Shown piece after piece: positions 15,332 to 25,109 of a DNA stretch of 64,000 bases. Made by a program: the position numbers and the translations under genes. The notes below the pieces were generated by a model. The model made no database searches. It saw nothing but the letters and a program-made list of their open reading frames with translations, and had not been told where the DNA came from. The number at the start of each line of letters is the position of its first letter. The stretch's first letter is position 1. The stretch lies in the IMG/VR virus record IMGVR_UViG_3300024505_000605. One strand, given 5' to 3'. The DNA comes from an uncultured virus (IMG/VR IMGVR_UViG_3300024505_000605). Lineage: Duplodnaviria > Heunggongvirae > Uroviricota > Caudoviricetes.

Positions 15332-17767
15332 TTACCAGATGTCGGCCTCCTTTGTAAGCCGCTCCATTTCTTCGGGAGTGCGCCAGTTCTCGCGCGTGAA
15401 GATAGAGCTGTCTTCTTGTCCCAAACTCTCAGAAACGTTGCGCTGCAATAGATCTGCCGTTTTTAGCTGTCCCGTTTTGTCCCGTTTTGTCCCAACCTGT
15501 CCTTTTGGTGTCCCAGAAGCCGGTTTTGGCTCCAATTCGGGACAACTTGGGACAGAACGGGACAAAGTGGGACAAGCCATTTCTTCAGATCCAGCTCCAG
15601 CACTGGATTCTTCTTCTTTGGGACAACTTGTACCTCCTCCCCCCCTGCGCGCGAGAACTGCTGAGTAGCGCTTGCTGGAACGTTCTCCTTCAACAGAGAC
15701 CAGCCCACGGTCGATCAAACGCTGGAGCGACTTCGAGATGGCGTTGACGCTGCCGCCCAGCAGAGGGTCAGCGTTCAGCTCGGCTTTAGTCATCGGCACG
15801 CCCTTGGTACGCAGCCGCTGGAGCACCCGGTCGATGATCGAGGCAGGTGCAGCGGAATCCACGCCTTCCGCAGCCGGTAGATCCTGGAGCGAGAACGTGA
15901 GGTCTTCCTTCTGGCGCAGCACCAGTTGCTTGCCCTCATTACCCTCGCGGCTTTTACCGATGGTGATGAGGCGTGCAGAAGCCCCTACACGTTCCAGCTC
16001 GGACTTTTCCGGACGGTTGATAGCCCAAGACTCATCCACGGCGTCTTGGAGCGCTGAGGTGCCCCTGAAGTCCCCGCTCTTGGCGGCATGGTGGATGAAA
16101 ACGATGGTGGTTGCCGGGAAGCTCTCGCCGTTTTCCGCGCTGTACCAGTAGATCGGCTCGGCGTATTCGGCCTTGTTCTGGTCGTACGCACAACCACGCA
16201 TACAAGCGGTTACCGAATCCCAAACCACGAGCTTGGGGCGATGCTCCTCAATCTGCTGGATAAACCAGGGATACCAAAGCATCGAAACTTTGTTCTGTAC
16301 TACAACCGGATCATCAGCAGTGAAGTCCAAGTCCTTGAACTGCTTACGCATCCGGCGGCTGTTCTGATCGCCGTTAAGCCACAGCACCTTGCCCTGCTCG
16401 ACAGGCACTTCTGCACCGCGTACAGAGAACGGAATCCCCCGTGCGATGTGCTTAGCCAACGTCAGCACCGCCATGGTCTTGCCACAGCCACCACGCCCGT
16501 GGATCAACACAGTGCCTGGCTTAGGCAGCAAATCGGGAATCAGGTACTCGATTGGCGCGTCCTCCATGGCAAAAATTTCCTGCAGGCTGCCTCCCTGTGA
16601 TCCGCGTCGGTACTCCTGGTCTGCGATCAGCAAGCGCACAACAGCCGCAGCTTCCCGATAACCAGCCTCCAGGGCGATCTCGTGGAGCTTGTGCTGCACT
16701 TCCGACGGATTCGGCAGCGCCATCGCAGCAGTAGCGCGATTAACGATTTCTTCGTGCGAAAGACCGGTGGTGCGGAACCGCTGCACCCGATCTTGCTCAG
16801 CCTCAGAAACAACCTTCCGCAGATCCTCCGAAAGCCACATGCGGCCAGGCATCTGCTGATCCGCCAGCCAGAACAGCGAGCCAAGGCTCACCGGCCCCTT
16901 GCGGAAGGATTTCCAAACCTCTTCACAGGGATTGCCTTCTGCCCAATCCTGAAAAAATTCGGGGTCTTCCGAAGACCAAGCGGACCAAAGCGTCAAACCG
17001 AGGTCAGTCGGCAACTCCGAGTGAATCGCCATCCCCACCTTGACCCAGTGATCCCGGCTGCCACTGCCTTGGCCGGGAATCACCCGCAGCGCCGACTGAA
17101 TGATCTCAGCCACCTCAGCCGGGTCTCGATCCGAGAAATCCAGCGCCTTGCGGTTCTTAATGAAGCCGCCATCCTGCACATCCTTCCCACTGGCATCCCG
17201 CATTTCCGCCAGCAGCCACTCAGGAGCCACCGGAATGGCCTCCATGTCGCCTTCAAAGCCGTAATGGCCTGCCGGAGCCTTCCCATCACTGGAGCCCGGA
17301 TAAGCCCCGTAGAGAAGCCCCTGACGGCCCCAGAGCACCTCGTAACCAGCGCCGGTATCCGACAGCCCAAAACCCTTCACCGAGCCCCACAGGGCCTCAG
17401 GGACGCGGAAGAGGTACTTCGCCGCGTTCGCCTTGGTCGAGGTAACGACTGGAGCACCCTCCAGCGAGTCTCCCCACTTTTTCTTGAGACGACTGAGATT
17501 CCGATCCACGTCGAGAATCACGAGTCCCATGCTGCGACCGCCCGTAAAAACGCCCACCGCCTGGAACACCTCAGGCTTGCGCTCGATCTGGAGCGCCACA
17601 TCCGACGGCGCCAACACTTGGTGGTGGCTGCGCTCTAGCGGGGTCTTGCCTTTTGAAATTTTCCCGGACTGGATCGCCTGATCCTTGGCGTAGATCGGCG
17701 CATACGCCATCCCCACAGGCAGCTGGCGCACAAAAGCCAGCAAATCCTGCGTCTTACCTTGCGACAT
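15332..17767 (-). CDS. Primase-helicase (Prim-Pol, PriCT-2, AAA helicase, winged helix)
   Basis: LVILDVD; WVKVGMAIH...WSAWS; GRGGCGKT Walker A; LVVWDS Walker B; FIHHAAK..RGTSAL. Confidence 0.9.
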   Translation of the reverse strand: MSQGKTQDLLAFVRQLPVGMAYAPIYAKDQAIQSGKISKGKTPLERSHHQVLAPSDVALQIERKPEVFQAVGVFTGGRSMGLVILDVDRNLSRLKKKWGDSLEGAPVVTSTKANAAKYLFRVPEALWGSVKGFGLSDTGAGYEVLWGRQGLLYGAYPGSSDGKAPAGHYGFEGDMEAIPVAPEWLLAEMRDASGKDVQDGGFIKNRKALDFSDRDPAEVAEIIQSALRVIPGQGSGSRDHWVKVGMAIHSELPTDLGLTLWSAWSSEDPEFFQDWAEGNPCEEVWKSFRKGPVSLGSLFWLADQQMPGRMWLSEDLRKVVSEAEQDRVQRFRTTGLSHEEIVNRATAAMALPNPSEVQHKLHEIALEAGYREAAAVVRLLIADQEYRRGSQGGSLQEIFAMEDAPIEYLIPDLLPKPGTVLIHGRGGCGKTMAVLTLAKHIARGIPFSVRGAEVPVEQGKVLWLNGDQNSRRMRKQFKDLDFTADDPVVVQNKVSMLWYPWFIQQIEEHRPKLVVWDSVTACMRGCAYDQNKAEYAEPIYWYSAENGESFPATTIVFIHHAAKSGDFRGTSALQDAVDESWAINRPEKSELERVGASARLITIGKSREGNEGKQLVLRQKEDLTFSLQDLPAAEGVDSAAPASIIDRVLQRLRTKGVPMTKAELNADPLLGGSVNAISKSLQRLIDRGLVSVEGERSSKRYSAVLARRGGGGTSCPKEEESSAGAGSEEMACPTLSRSVPSCPELEPKPASGTPKGQVGTKRDKTGQLKTADLLQRNVSESLGQEDSSIFTRENWRTPEEMERLTKEADIW
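15384..15660. repeat. Mirror-symmetric TGTCCC/GGGACA iteron array, putative replication origin
   Basis: 10-bp phased hexamers in inverted sets plus a perfect 13-bp outer inverted repeat. Confidence 0.8.
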
Positions 17768-17795
17768 GTTAGAGTCTCACACGAGAATGTTCATC

Positions 17796-17831
17796 ACGCC
17801 CTGCAGCTTTTCCGCTGTGGGGCGTTTTTTT
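17796..17831 (+). terminator. Hairpin plus T-tract between divergent genes
   Basis: acgccctgcagc/gctgtggggcgt followed by a T run. Confidence 0.6.
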
Positions 17832-17888
17832 AGCCTAGCCATCGTTGTCAAGGCGTGTTAGTGTGTTACTCGTTGGCACTCAGCCGAC

Positions 17889-18490
17889 CACACCAAACAC
17901 CTACACAAATGGCTTTCCTTTCAAAATCCGCATCTGCAAACGTCAACGGCGGCAACAGTGGCGGCGGTTACCTGAGCCTCAGCAAGCTCCCCGATGGTGG
18001 ATCCGTCCGCTTCGCCCTACTCACTGACGAACCTCTGGAGTTCTACGAAGCCTGGGGCGCTGCCAACGGCGCCAACAAGCCTTTCCGCTTCGACTTCGAG
18101 CCCACCTACGAGGACGTGGTTGCCGAAATGGGCGAGTTCGAGCCCCGCGAAGGACGCGGCGGCCCCGGCACCGCAGACGTGAAATTCGCCATCGCCTGCC
18201 CGGTTTACAACTACGAATCCGGCAAAGTTCAAGTCCTACAGATCACTCAAAAGTCGATCCTGAAGGAAATCGACCAGATCTCCCAAATGGAGGACTATTC
18301 CAACCTGCTGGAGTGGGACTTCACGATCAGCAAAAAGGGCAGCGGCCTCACCACCGAGTACACCGTTCGCCCCGTCCCCCGCAAAAAAGGCAGCCAAGAG
18401 CACATCGACGCCGCCTGGATCGAGGCAAAGGCCGAGGGCTTCGATCTCACCCGCCTTCTGTCCGGGGGTAATCCCTTCAAGGCCGCCTGA
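17889..18490 (+). CDS. Putative single-stranded DNA-binding protein
   Basis: Divergent from primase; VRFALL...YNYE..VQVLQITQ...DFTISKKGSG..TEYTV resembles gp32-like OB folds. Confidence 0.55.
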
Positions 18491-18492
18491 AC

Positions 18493-19089
18493 ATGAAGGT
18501 GCTCGTCGCCTGTGAGTACAGCGGACGAGTGCGTGATGCTTTCGCAGCTCAAGGTCATTACGCCCTGAGCTGCGATTTACTGCCTACAGAGTCACCAGGG
18601 CATCACTATCAAGGCGATGTAACCGCTTTATTGCACTCGGACCACAACTGGGACATGCTCATCGCGTTTCCGCCTTGCACATACTTAGCTGCGTCCGGGA
18701 TGCACTGGACCACAAGGGGTATCCGCGATCCTCAGCTAACCGAGGACGCCTTAAATTTCGTGCAAATGTTACTCAATGCACCTGTAAAGTACATCGCACT
18801 GGAGAATCCTGTCGGCTGCATTTCCAGCCGCATACGCAAGCCAGATCAATACATCCACCCTTGGCAATTCGGCCACCAAGAATCAAAGAAGACGTGCCTT
18901 TGGCTCAAAAACCTACCTAAACTACAACCCACTAATGTGGTACAAAAACCTGAATCAGGTGTGTGGCTGAATCAAACACCGTCCGGCCAGAACAAGCTGG
19001 GACCATCAGCCACCCGCGCCAAGCAACGCAGCCTCACTTACACCGGCATTGCCCAAGCGATGGCAGATCAGTGGGGCAACCTGAACTGA
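18493..19089 (+). CDS. Cytosine-C5 DNA methyltransferase-like protein
   Basis: VLVACEYSG, SCDL, FPPCTYL (motif IV), LENPV (motif VI). Confidence 0.75.
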   Translation: MKVLVACEYSGRVRDAFAAQGHYALSCDLLPTESPGHHYQGDVTALLHSDHNWDMLIAFPPCTYLAASGMHWTTRGIRDPQLTEDALNFVQMLLNAPVKYIALENPVGCISSRIRKPDQYIHPWQFGHQESKKTCLWLKNLPKLQPTNVVQKPESGVWLNQTPSGQNKLGPSATRAKQRSLTYTGIAQAMADQWGNLN

Positions 19090-19097
19090 AATTTTCA

Positions 19098-19122
19098 AGG
19101 GGCCTAACAAGCCCCTTTTTTA
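19098..19122 (+). terminator. Intrinsic terminator
   Basis: aaggggc-ctaacaa-gcccctt plus T run. Confidence 0.6.
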
Positions 19123-19155
19123 GTGGTACTATAAGTATGGGAAAAACTATTCAAA

Positions 19156-19994
19156 TGGCCTCCAATACGCAAGACACACTGGCATCACTGCGTAAATGGA
19201 GACTGGAACAAGACAACTCTGGCCCCTTCCGGGTCTACCGAGACATTAACGGCAATATCTACCATAGTGTTACACACATCCTAAAGGAAACAAGCGATAA
19301 AACCGGACTGGAACGCTGGGAAGCCCGCCTCGGCCCAATCGAAGCCACTCAACAGCGAAATGTTGCCGCCACCCGAGGCAACATGGCCCATTCACAGGCT
19401 GAGTATCTCCTCAAAACCTCAATGCAGCTGGCGCGATCCACTGCAAACAAGCGCAATTCCATCCGCTGGGACGAACAGGGCTTGGCGCGTATCCCCACCC
19501 CCATCACGCAGTGGGCACTGAAGAGGGTCCGCCCCAATGTCCCCCGAGTTGGCTGGAGCGCCTCAGGTTACGCCCGCAGCTTGTCTGACTGGATCGCCGA
19601 AAACGTCACCGAAATTTTTGCCAGCGAATTTTCCATTCACCACCCCGCCGGCTTCGCTGGAACCTGCGATGCCCTCATCGGCATGAAGAACAACGAGCTG
19701 GTGCTAGCGGACTGGAAGACCAGCGTGGGACGCAAAACGGCCATTCATGACGGCCAGGAACGCCTCCCCAACGGCCATTCATACATCGACCAGTGCGGCG
19801 CCTACTCACTGGGCCTCAAACACCTCACAGGGCTTTCACCAACTGGAGCAGCCATCGTGTTAGCCCGCCGTTGCGGTCAGCCAAACATTCATTACATGTC
19901 GGCTCGTGAACTCGCCGACGCAGAAAAGTCATTCATGGCTCGGGTGGAGCTTTATTTCGAAAATCTCCAGAAAGCCATTCAAGAGACTGCCTAA
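19156..19994 (+). CDS. PD-(D/E)XK exonuclease
   Basis: SVTHIL, RGNMAH, FAGTCD, ADWKTS, QCGAY. Confidence 0.85.
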
Positions 19995-20162
19995 AAACCA
20001 TTCATGCTGGAGCGGTCAAGGTTCCCTGGGGGCCATTCAACGGGCCCCTTTTTTGCTGGAGCACACAAAAACACTACCCAGGCAATAGGTGTTTGTACCT
20101 AGTCCCGGATACGGCAAAGCCCCAGACTGCTGGAGCCTGGGGGATCGTACCCACTGGAGCGT

Positions 20163-20581
20163 TCACCCTTGCGGGGTTCGCACCTTGCGGGAGGGCTGGC
20201 GCTTGCCAGCGTTTGCGCGGCGTTTTTTGTTTCCCACAAGTTGAACTTGTGGATTTTGGGGAAAACCGCCAGCGGCCAGAACCGCCTCAGCCGTCAGAGT
20301 CTGCTGGCTCACCTTGGCGCGAGCCAACACATCCTCAAATGCTGCAGCCTGCCTGAGCTGTTGCTGGCGCTTATGGAGGTTCGGCAAGGTTTCCAGATGC
20401 CAGCGGCTGGAGCCTATTTTTGAAGCCTCGGCGCGATTCTCGCTCAGCCAGGCCAGCACAGCATCATCACAGGGATGGTTCTGAGCCAGCCATAGCTTGT
20501 CGGCGAATTCAATCAGCAAGCGGCGCTTAGCCTCTCGCGCTTCCTCGCGGTTTTCCTTACGCTGGCGCTGTGTGACCCATT
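20163..20581 (-). CDS. Hypothetical protein
   Basis: ORF; start uncertain. Confidence 0.5.
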
Positions 20582-20590
20582 CGCCGCCGC

Positions 20591-20845
20591 TCACGCCAGA
20601 ACCTCCTGCAGCCATGCCTGGCACGCTGCTACGGCTTCCGGGCTGAGATCCTGGCGGTTAATGCGGTCACCCTCCAGGCAAAGCCCGGCGGTGATGGCGT
20701 TAAAGGTCGAAAGGTAGTAGCTGGAGCAAAGCACCCCGCCGCCATAGCGAAATTCAACTATCGGCTCTGGATGGCCGCCTGGTACGCGGTGAAATGCTGT
20801 CAGCTGAACCGTCAGAACGGTCCCCTGGCGCGTTGTGATGTGCAT
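20591..20845 (-). CDS. Hypothetical protein
   Basis: ORF (MHITTRQG). Confidence 0.55.
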   Translation of the reverse strand: MHITTRQGTVLTVQLTAFHRVPGGHPEPIVEFRYGGGVLCSSYYLSTFNAITAGLCLEGDRINRQDLSPEAVAACQAWLQEVLA

Positions 20846-20986
20846 GTTGCCTAAGGGTAGGGCAATACCCTCTAACAATAACACCACGCGGCGGGACCGC
20901 CAGCCACATTAAGATGTGCAACAGTAAGGGCAGGGAATGACTGGAGCTGAGGTTAGGATTGCGGTCAAGCCACACCCAGGCACAAG

Positions 20987-21376
20987 ATGACAATCCTCCG
21001 AATCACAGAACCGCGCGGCACTTTCCGAGTGACCTACGAAACGGTGACCGCAGAATCTGCCGAGCAGGGAGACTCCGCAGAATCCGGCTGGCTCAGCTGG
21101 AACGGCAGCCCCGCGGATGGCTACTCAGATTCTGTCTGGGACTTGCGCGACCTTACCGACAAGCTGGCAGGTTGCTACGCGGAAGGTGACGGCGATACCG
21201 TGCCACGTTGGGTGACGCTGGATCCGCAGTCTGACCTCTGGCTTTCCCCCTTCTGGCGTGATCTGGCAGGAGAGGATGCCCTGAGCGTTACGGCTTCGGT
21301 GCATCGGCCGGACTGGATCACCGATTCCAGTTGGCTCAGGGTTTGCCGCCTATTGGGCTGGCGCTCCCGGTATTGA
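20987..21376 (+). CDS. Hypothetical early protein
   Basis: VTYETVTAESAEQGD..ESGW motif. Confidence 0.65.
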   Translation: MTILRITEPRGTFRVTYETVTAESAEQGDSAESGWLSWNGSPADGYSDSVWDLRDLTDKLAGCYAEGDGDTVPRWVTLDPQSDLWLSPFWRDLAGEDALSVTASVHRPDWITDSSWLRVCRLLGWRSRY

Positions 21377-21433
21377 CGCCGGGCCGGATCCGGTTTTACA
21401 CTCACACATAAGCCCAACCCATAGGCTCACACC

Positions 21434-22087
21434 ATGACCCGTTACACCACCGAACAGCTGGCATCCTTCCCCTGGATCGTCAGCACTGACACGCTTCGCA
21501 TTGATCACTTGGCGGATGCCTACCTAGGCGCTTTCGACCGCTTGGGGCAAGACGTGCCGGAACCGTTCCGCTCAGATTTGCAGCAGTGCGCTGCCTACGC
21601 TTCGGACCTTACCGGGCCGGAACCCTGCGACGCCTGGGAGATTGCAACCGCTTGGGCGTTTGACCGCTTGGGCGAGCTGGCGCCCACGGGCTTTTACTTC
21701 GGCGCTTCAGAAGGCGATGGCGCGTGTTTTGGTTTCTGGTTGCAGGAAGAATGGGCAGAGTGCCTGGAGCATTGCGGTTTTGCTGCAGACTCTGACCCTG
21801 CGGCTTTGGTGCCGATCATCTCTGAGCTGTGCAGTTCTGGCGTCGATCCCGATACCTACGAAGACTGCTACCAAGGCGAGGCAGAAGGCTACAGCTCAGA
21901 ACAAGCTGGCGCAGACTACGCTCAGCAGCTGGCCGATGAATTAGGACTGCCCCCCAAGCTTGACGGCGCCAGCTGGCCAATGAGTTGTATTGACTGGCAG
22001 GCTGCCTGGCGCGAACTAGAGCTTGGCGATGCCTATTGGTTGCAGCGTATTAACGGGAGCCAATGGGCAGTATTCCGGCCTTGCTGA
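21434..22087 (+). CDS. Acidic protein with ArdA-like C-terminus (possible anti-restriction DNA mimic)
   Basis: YQGE...DYAQQLADE...IDWQAAWREL; strongly acidic. Confidence 0.5.
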   Translation: MTRYTTEQLASFPWIVSTDTLRIDHLADAYLGAFDRLGQDVPEPFRSDLQQCAAYASDLTGPEPCDAWEIATAWAFDRLGELAPTGFYFGASEGDGACFGFWLQEEWAECLEHCGFAADSDPAALVPIISELCSSGVDPDTYEDCYQGEAEGYSSEQAGADYAQQLADELGLPPKLDGASWPMSCIDWQAAWRELELGDAYWLQRINGSQWAVFRPC

Positions 22088-22109
22088 CTGGCGCCCCCAC
22101 CGATCAACG

Positions 22110-22134
22110 GCCCGGCCAGTAGGTCGGGCTTTTT
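22110..22134 (+). terminator. Intrinsic terminator
   Basis: gcccggcc-agta-ggtcgggc-ttttt. Confidence 0.75.
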
Positions 22135-22201
22135 CGCGGCGCTCGCTTCGCTCGCTTGCGAAACGTGACAGCAGAGAGGTTAGCATTGACCTATAGAGTT
22201 T

Positions 22202-22666
22202 GTGACTCAAACGGTGCCCGATTCTGACGAGTTGGAAGTAACGAAACCGACGACCGTTGCTAATGACGAGTCGAAGCGCTGGCGCGGTGGTAAGGGGTCA
22301 AGCGTACGCGTAGAGGAACGGGCGAATTGGTGTTACGCGGAGATTCTGAATGGTGGCACGCGTAGGCAAATCACGCAGAAACTAGCGGATCGCTTCGGGG
22401 TGTCTGTGCGCACGGCAGACGACGACTACAGCCGCGCAGCAGAGATGCTTAAAACGGAGCAAATTGCAACGAGAGGCGATCTGCTGAACCAAATACAGGC
22501 ATTGCGTCTTTCTGCCTGCCGAAAAGCCATGGCAAAAGGCCAGTTGCAGACAGTGGCGATGCTGCTCAAGGACATGGGCGCTGTGATTGGAGAGGCCGCG
22601 CCAGAGCAACAGGCAGCCGCTGCCCCCACGCTGAACATCACGGTGGAAGATCGGCGCCAGCCCTAG
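22202..22666 (+). CDS. Putative terminase small subunit (HTH)
   Basis: LADRFGVSVRTADDDY HTH; similar to 58178..58495; upstream of terL. Confidence 0.6.
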   Translation: MTQTVPDSDELEVTKPTTVANDESKRWRGGKGSSVRVEERANWCYAEILNGGTRRQITQKLADRFGVSVRTADDDYSRAAEMLKTEQIATRGDLLNQIQALRLSACRKAMAKGQLQTVAMLLKDMGAVIGEAAPEQQAAAAPTLNITVEDRRQP

Positions 22667-22716
22667 CCGCTGGCCGCTTTTGTGATACAGTAGGGGCAAG
22701 CTCACCACGCTCCCCC

Positions 22717-22860
22717 ATGCACAAGCTCCACCTATTCGCGCTGCTCACCATCGGCGCTGGCATCCTGGCGATGGGCGCCGACAACACAGCCCAGCTGGAA
22801 CGCTGCGAGGCTACCGGCCGCGGCCAGGAGACTTGCCGCCTGCTGGTGCTCGGCCGCTAG
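22717..22860 (+). CDS. Small membrane/secreted protein (47 aa)
   Basis: MHKLHLFALLTIGAGILAMG...C...C read by hand. Confidence 0.55.
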   Translation: MHKLHLFALLTIGAGILAMGADNTAQLERCEATGRGQETCRLLVLGR

Positions 22861-22962
22861 CGAGACTAGTACGGCTGCACTACGTTACAGTGTATTACAG
22901 CAGCAGCCACACGCGCTGCTCTGTTGTGCTACAATACAAGAGTCACCAAGGGAAACCAACCC

Positions 22963-23280
22963 GTGAACCTCACCGAACTGCACCCCGCCTTCACCATCCG
23001 CCAAGCTGGCGCCGGCTTTGTCGTCAACCACTGGGAGCAACCCGGCGGTGCTATCGGCATGATCATGCGAACCGAAGCCCGCTGCTGGGAGCTGACCCTT
23101 ACCACCACCGCCGCTCTGCTGCTGGCGCTGATCCTGCTCCCCCTGCTGGTGCTTCTCTGGGCCAGTGAGTCCCGCCAGCAGCGCGCCCGCCGCTGGCGCC
23201 GCGCCGGCCTCACACAGCAAGCCATCGCCGACCGCCTCGGCTGCTCACGCTCCACCGTCCGCCGCCTACTCGCCACCTAG
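22963..23280 (+). CDS. Membrane-anchored HTH protein
   Basis: TM stretch then TQQAIADRLGCSRSTVRRLL. Confidence 0.6.
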   Translation: MNLTELHPAFTIRQAGAGFVVNHWEQPGGAIGMIMRTEARCWELTLTTTAALLLALILLPLLVLLWASESRQQRARRWRRAGLTQQAIADRLGCSRSTVRRLLAT

Positions 23281-23457
23281 CGCCAGGCGGCCGAGACTGA
23301 TAACGGTTCTCACTCCCAGGGGGAGGGTTGCGGATTCTGCGCGTGCGGTGTCAGTCCCTAGGAACCTACTGATATAACTCCATTTCCTTCCTCTGTTACA
23401 CACCGGGGGGAGGGGTTGAATTCCTGTAATAACCTAGAAGGTACCCGTCTACTACAA

Positions 23458-24708
23458 ATGCCCGAATCTGCTGGAGCACTCACCCTCCGTTACGCCCAGG
23501 GTCAAGTCTTCGGCAGTCGAAAACGCTTCAGAGTGCTGGTAGCAGGCCGCCGCTTCGGAAAAAGCTACCTCTCATGCATCGAATTATTGCGTGGGGCGAT
23601 AGAGCGGCCGGGCGAAACCTTCTTTTACGCGGCCCCTACATACCGGATGGCGAAGGACATTGCCTGGAAAGTCCTAAAAAAGCTAGTCCCGAAAGCCTGG
23701 GTAAAGAGCAAGAACGAAACGGACCTGAAGCTGGAGCTAGTGAACGGCTCAACAATCGAACTGAAGGGCACTGAAAACGCTATGGCCCTGCGAGGCAGAA
23801 GTCTCGCTGGCGTGGTACTCGACGAAGCCGCATTTATGAGCGCCGACGTCTGGTTCGAGGTCATCCGTCCCGCATTAGCCGACAAACAAGGCTGGGCCTT
23901 ATTCATCTCCACCCCGGATGGCACAGCTAGCTGGTTCTACGAACTCTGGCAATACGCGGACAGCGGCGACGACAACTGGAGCCGCTGGCAATTCACCACG
24001 ATTGACGGCGACAACGTCCCCCCGGAAGAAATTGAAGCCGCCCGCGGCCAACTCGACGCCCGCACATTCCGCCAAGAATTCGAAGCCAGCTTCGAGAACC
24101 TCAGCGGTCTCGTCGCAGTCTCCTTTGGAGACGAGAACATCAGCCCCGAAGCCGAAGACATTTCCGTCCTCCCACTTTTACTTGGCGTCGACTTCAACGT
24201 GGACCCCATGTCTGGCATCTGCGCCGTCCGCAAGGACGACACGCTGTATGTATTCGACGAAATCATGCTCACTGGTGGCGCCACCACCTGGGACTTCGCG
24301 GAGGAGGTAACGCGCCGCTTCGGCGTGGATCGCCGCGTCATCGCCTGCCCAGACCCCACGGGTGGAGCGCGAAAGACCAGCGGCGTGGGCCTCACGGACC
24401 ACAACATCTTGCGCCGCAGCGGTTTTAGCGTCTCCAGCCCAAAAGCCCCTTGGAAAATCCGCGACAAGATCACCGCCGTCAACACCGCCCTTTTGGATGC
24501 TGCTGGAACACGCCGCACCGTAATCCACCCCCGCTGCAAGGAGTTAATCAAATCCCTCCGCACCTTGACCTATGCCCCTGGAACGGGCCTCCCCAACAAA
24601 AACCTAGGCGTAGACCACGCTTTCGACGCCTTCGGCTACTTATGCCTCCAACAATTCAACCTCGCCAACATCGGCACCCTAGGCCAAACCAACTACCGCC
24701 TCTACTAA
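23458..24708 (+). CDS. terL: Terminase large subunit (unit 1)
   Basis: AGRRFGKS, VVLDEAA, ISTP, GVDFN, DHAFDAFGY. Confidence 0.95.
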   Translation: MPESAGALTLRYAQGQVFGSRKRFRVLVAGRRFGKSYLSCIELLRGAIERPGETFFYAAPTYRMAKDIAWKVLKKLVPKAWVKSKNETDLKLELVNGSTIELKGTENAMALRGRSLAGVVLDEAAFMSADVWFEVIRPALADKQGWALFISTPDGTASWFYELWQYADSGDDNWSRWQFTTIDGDNVPPEEIEAARGQLDARTFRQEFEASFENLSGLVAVSFGDENISPEAEDISVLPLLLGVDFNVDPMSGICAVRKDDTLYVFDEIMLTGGATTWDFAEEVTRRFGVDRRVIACPDPTGGARKTSGVGLTDHNILRRSGFSVSSPKAPWKIRDKITAVNTALLDAAGTRRTVIHPRCKELIKSLRTLTYAPGTGLPNKNLGVDHAFDAFGYLCLQQFNLANIGTLGQTNYRLY

Positions 24709-24741
24709 CCCCTCATAGACTGGTACAAATACCGCAACACC

Positions 24742-24921
24742 ATGGCCAAAAAACCCACAAAAGCGGAGAAAAAGGTCTCCAAGGTCATGCGCGAATACGG
24801 CGCTGGAACGCTTAAGTCCAGCTCAGGCAAAAAAGTAACCAGCCGTAAGCAAGCAATCGCGATTGCACTAAGCGAAGCGGGCAAATCCCGCCCCAAAACC
24901 ACCAAAAAAGGAAAGAAATAA
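24742..24921 (+). CDS. Small basic protein (DUF6496-like)
   Basis: KVMREYGAGTLKSSSGKKVTSRKQAIAIALSEA. Confidence 0.75.
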   Translation: MAKKPTKAEKKVSKVMREYGAGTLKSSSGKKVTSRKQAIAIALSEAGKSRPKTTKKGKK

Positions 24922-24923
24922 CA

Positions 24924-25091
24924 ATGGCACCCAAGAAAAAGGGTTTATACGCAAATATCGCGGCCAAACGCAAGCGCATTGAGGCTGGCTCGGGCGAAAA
25001 GATGCGCAAACCGGGCAGCAAAGGCGCCCCAACCGCCGCTGACTTCCGCAAAGCGGCCAAAACCGCCAAGCGACCTAAAGGTCGCAAGTAA
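24924..25091 (+). CDS. Small basic protein
   Basis: GLYANIAAKRKRI...GEKMRKPGSKGAPT. Confidence 0.75.
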   Translation: MAPKKKGLYANIAAKRKRIEAGSGEKMRKPGSKGAPTAADFRKAAKTAKRPKGRK

Positions 25092-25109
25092 ACCCCTCAA
25101 AAAAGACCC

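Noticed and set aside
15460..15580. CRISPR array
   Set aside because: Six-base units at 10-bp spacing in inverted sets; no spacers or cas genes
22138..22158. GCTCGCTTCGCTCGCTT as a priming or Rep-binding site
   Set aside because: Single short occurrence with no supporting context
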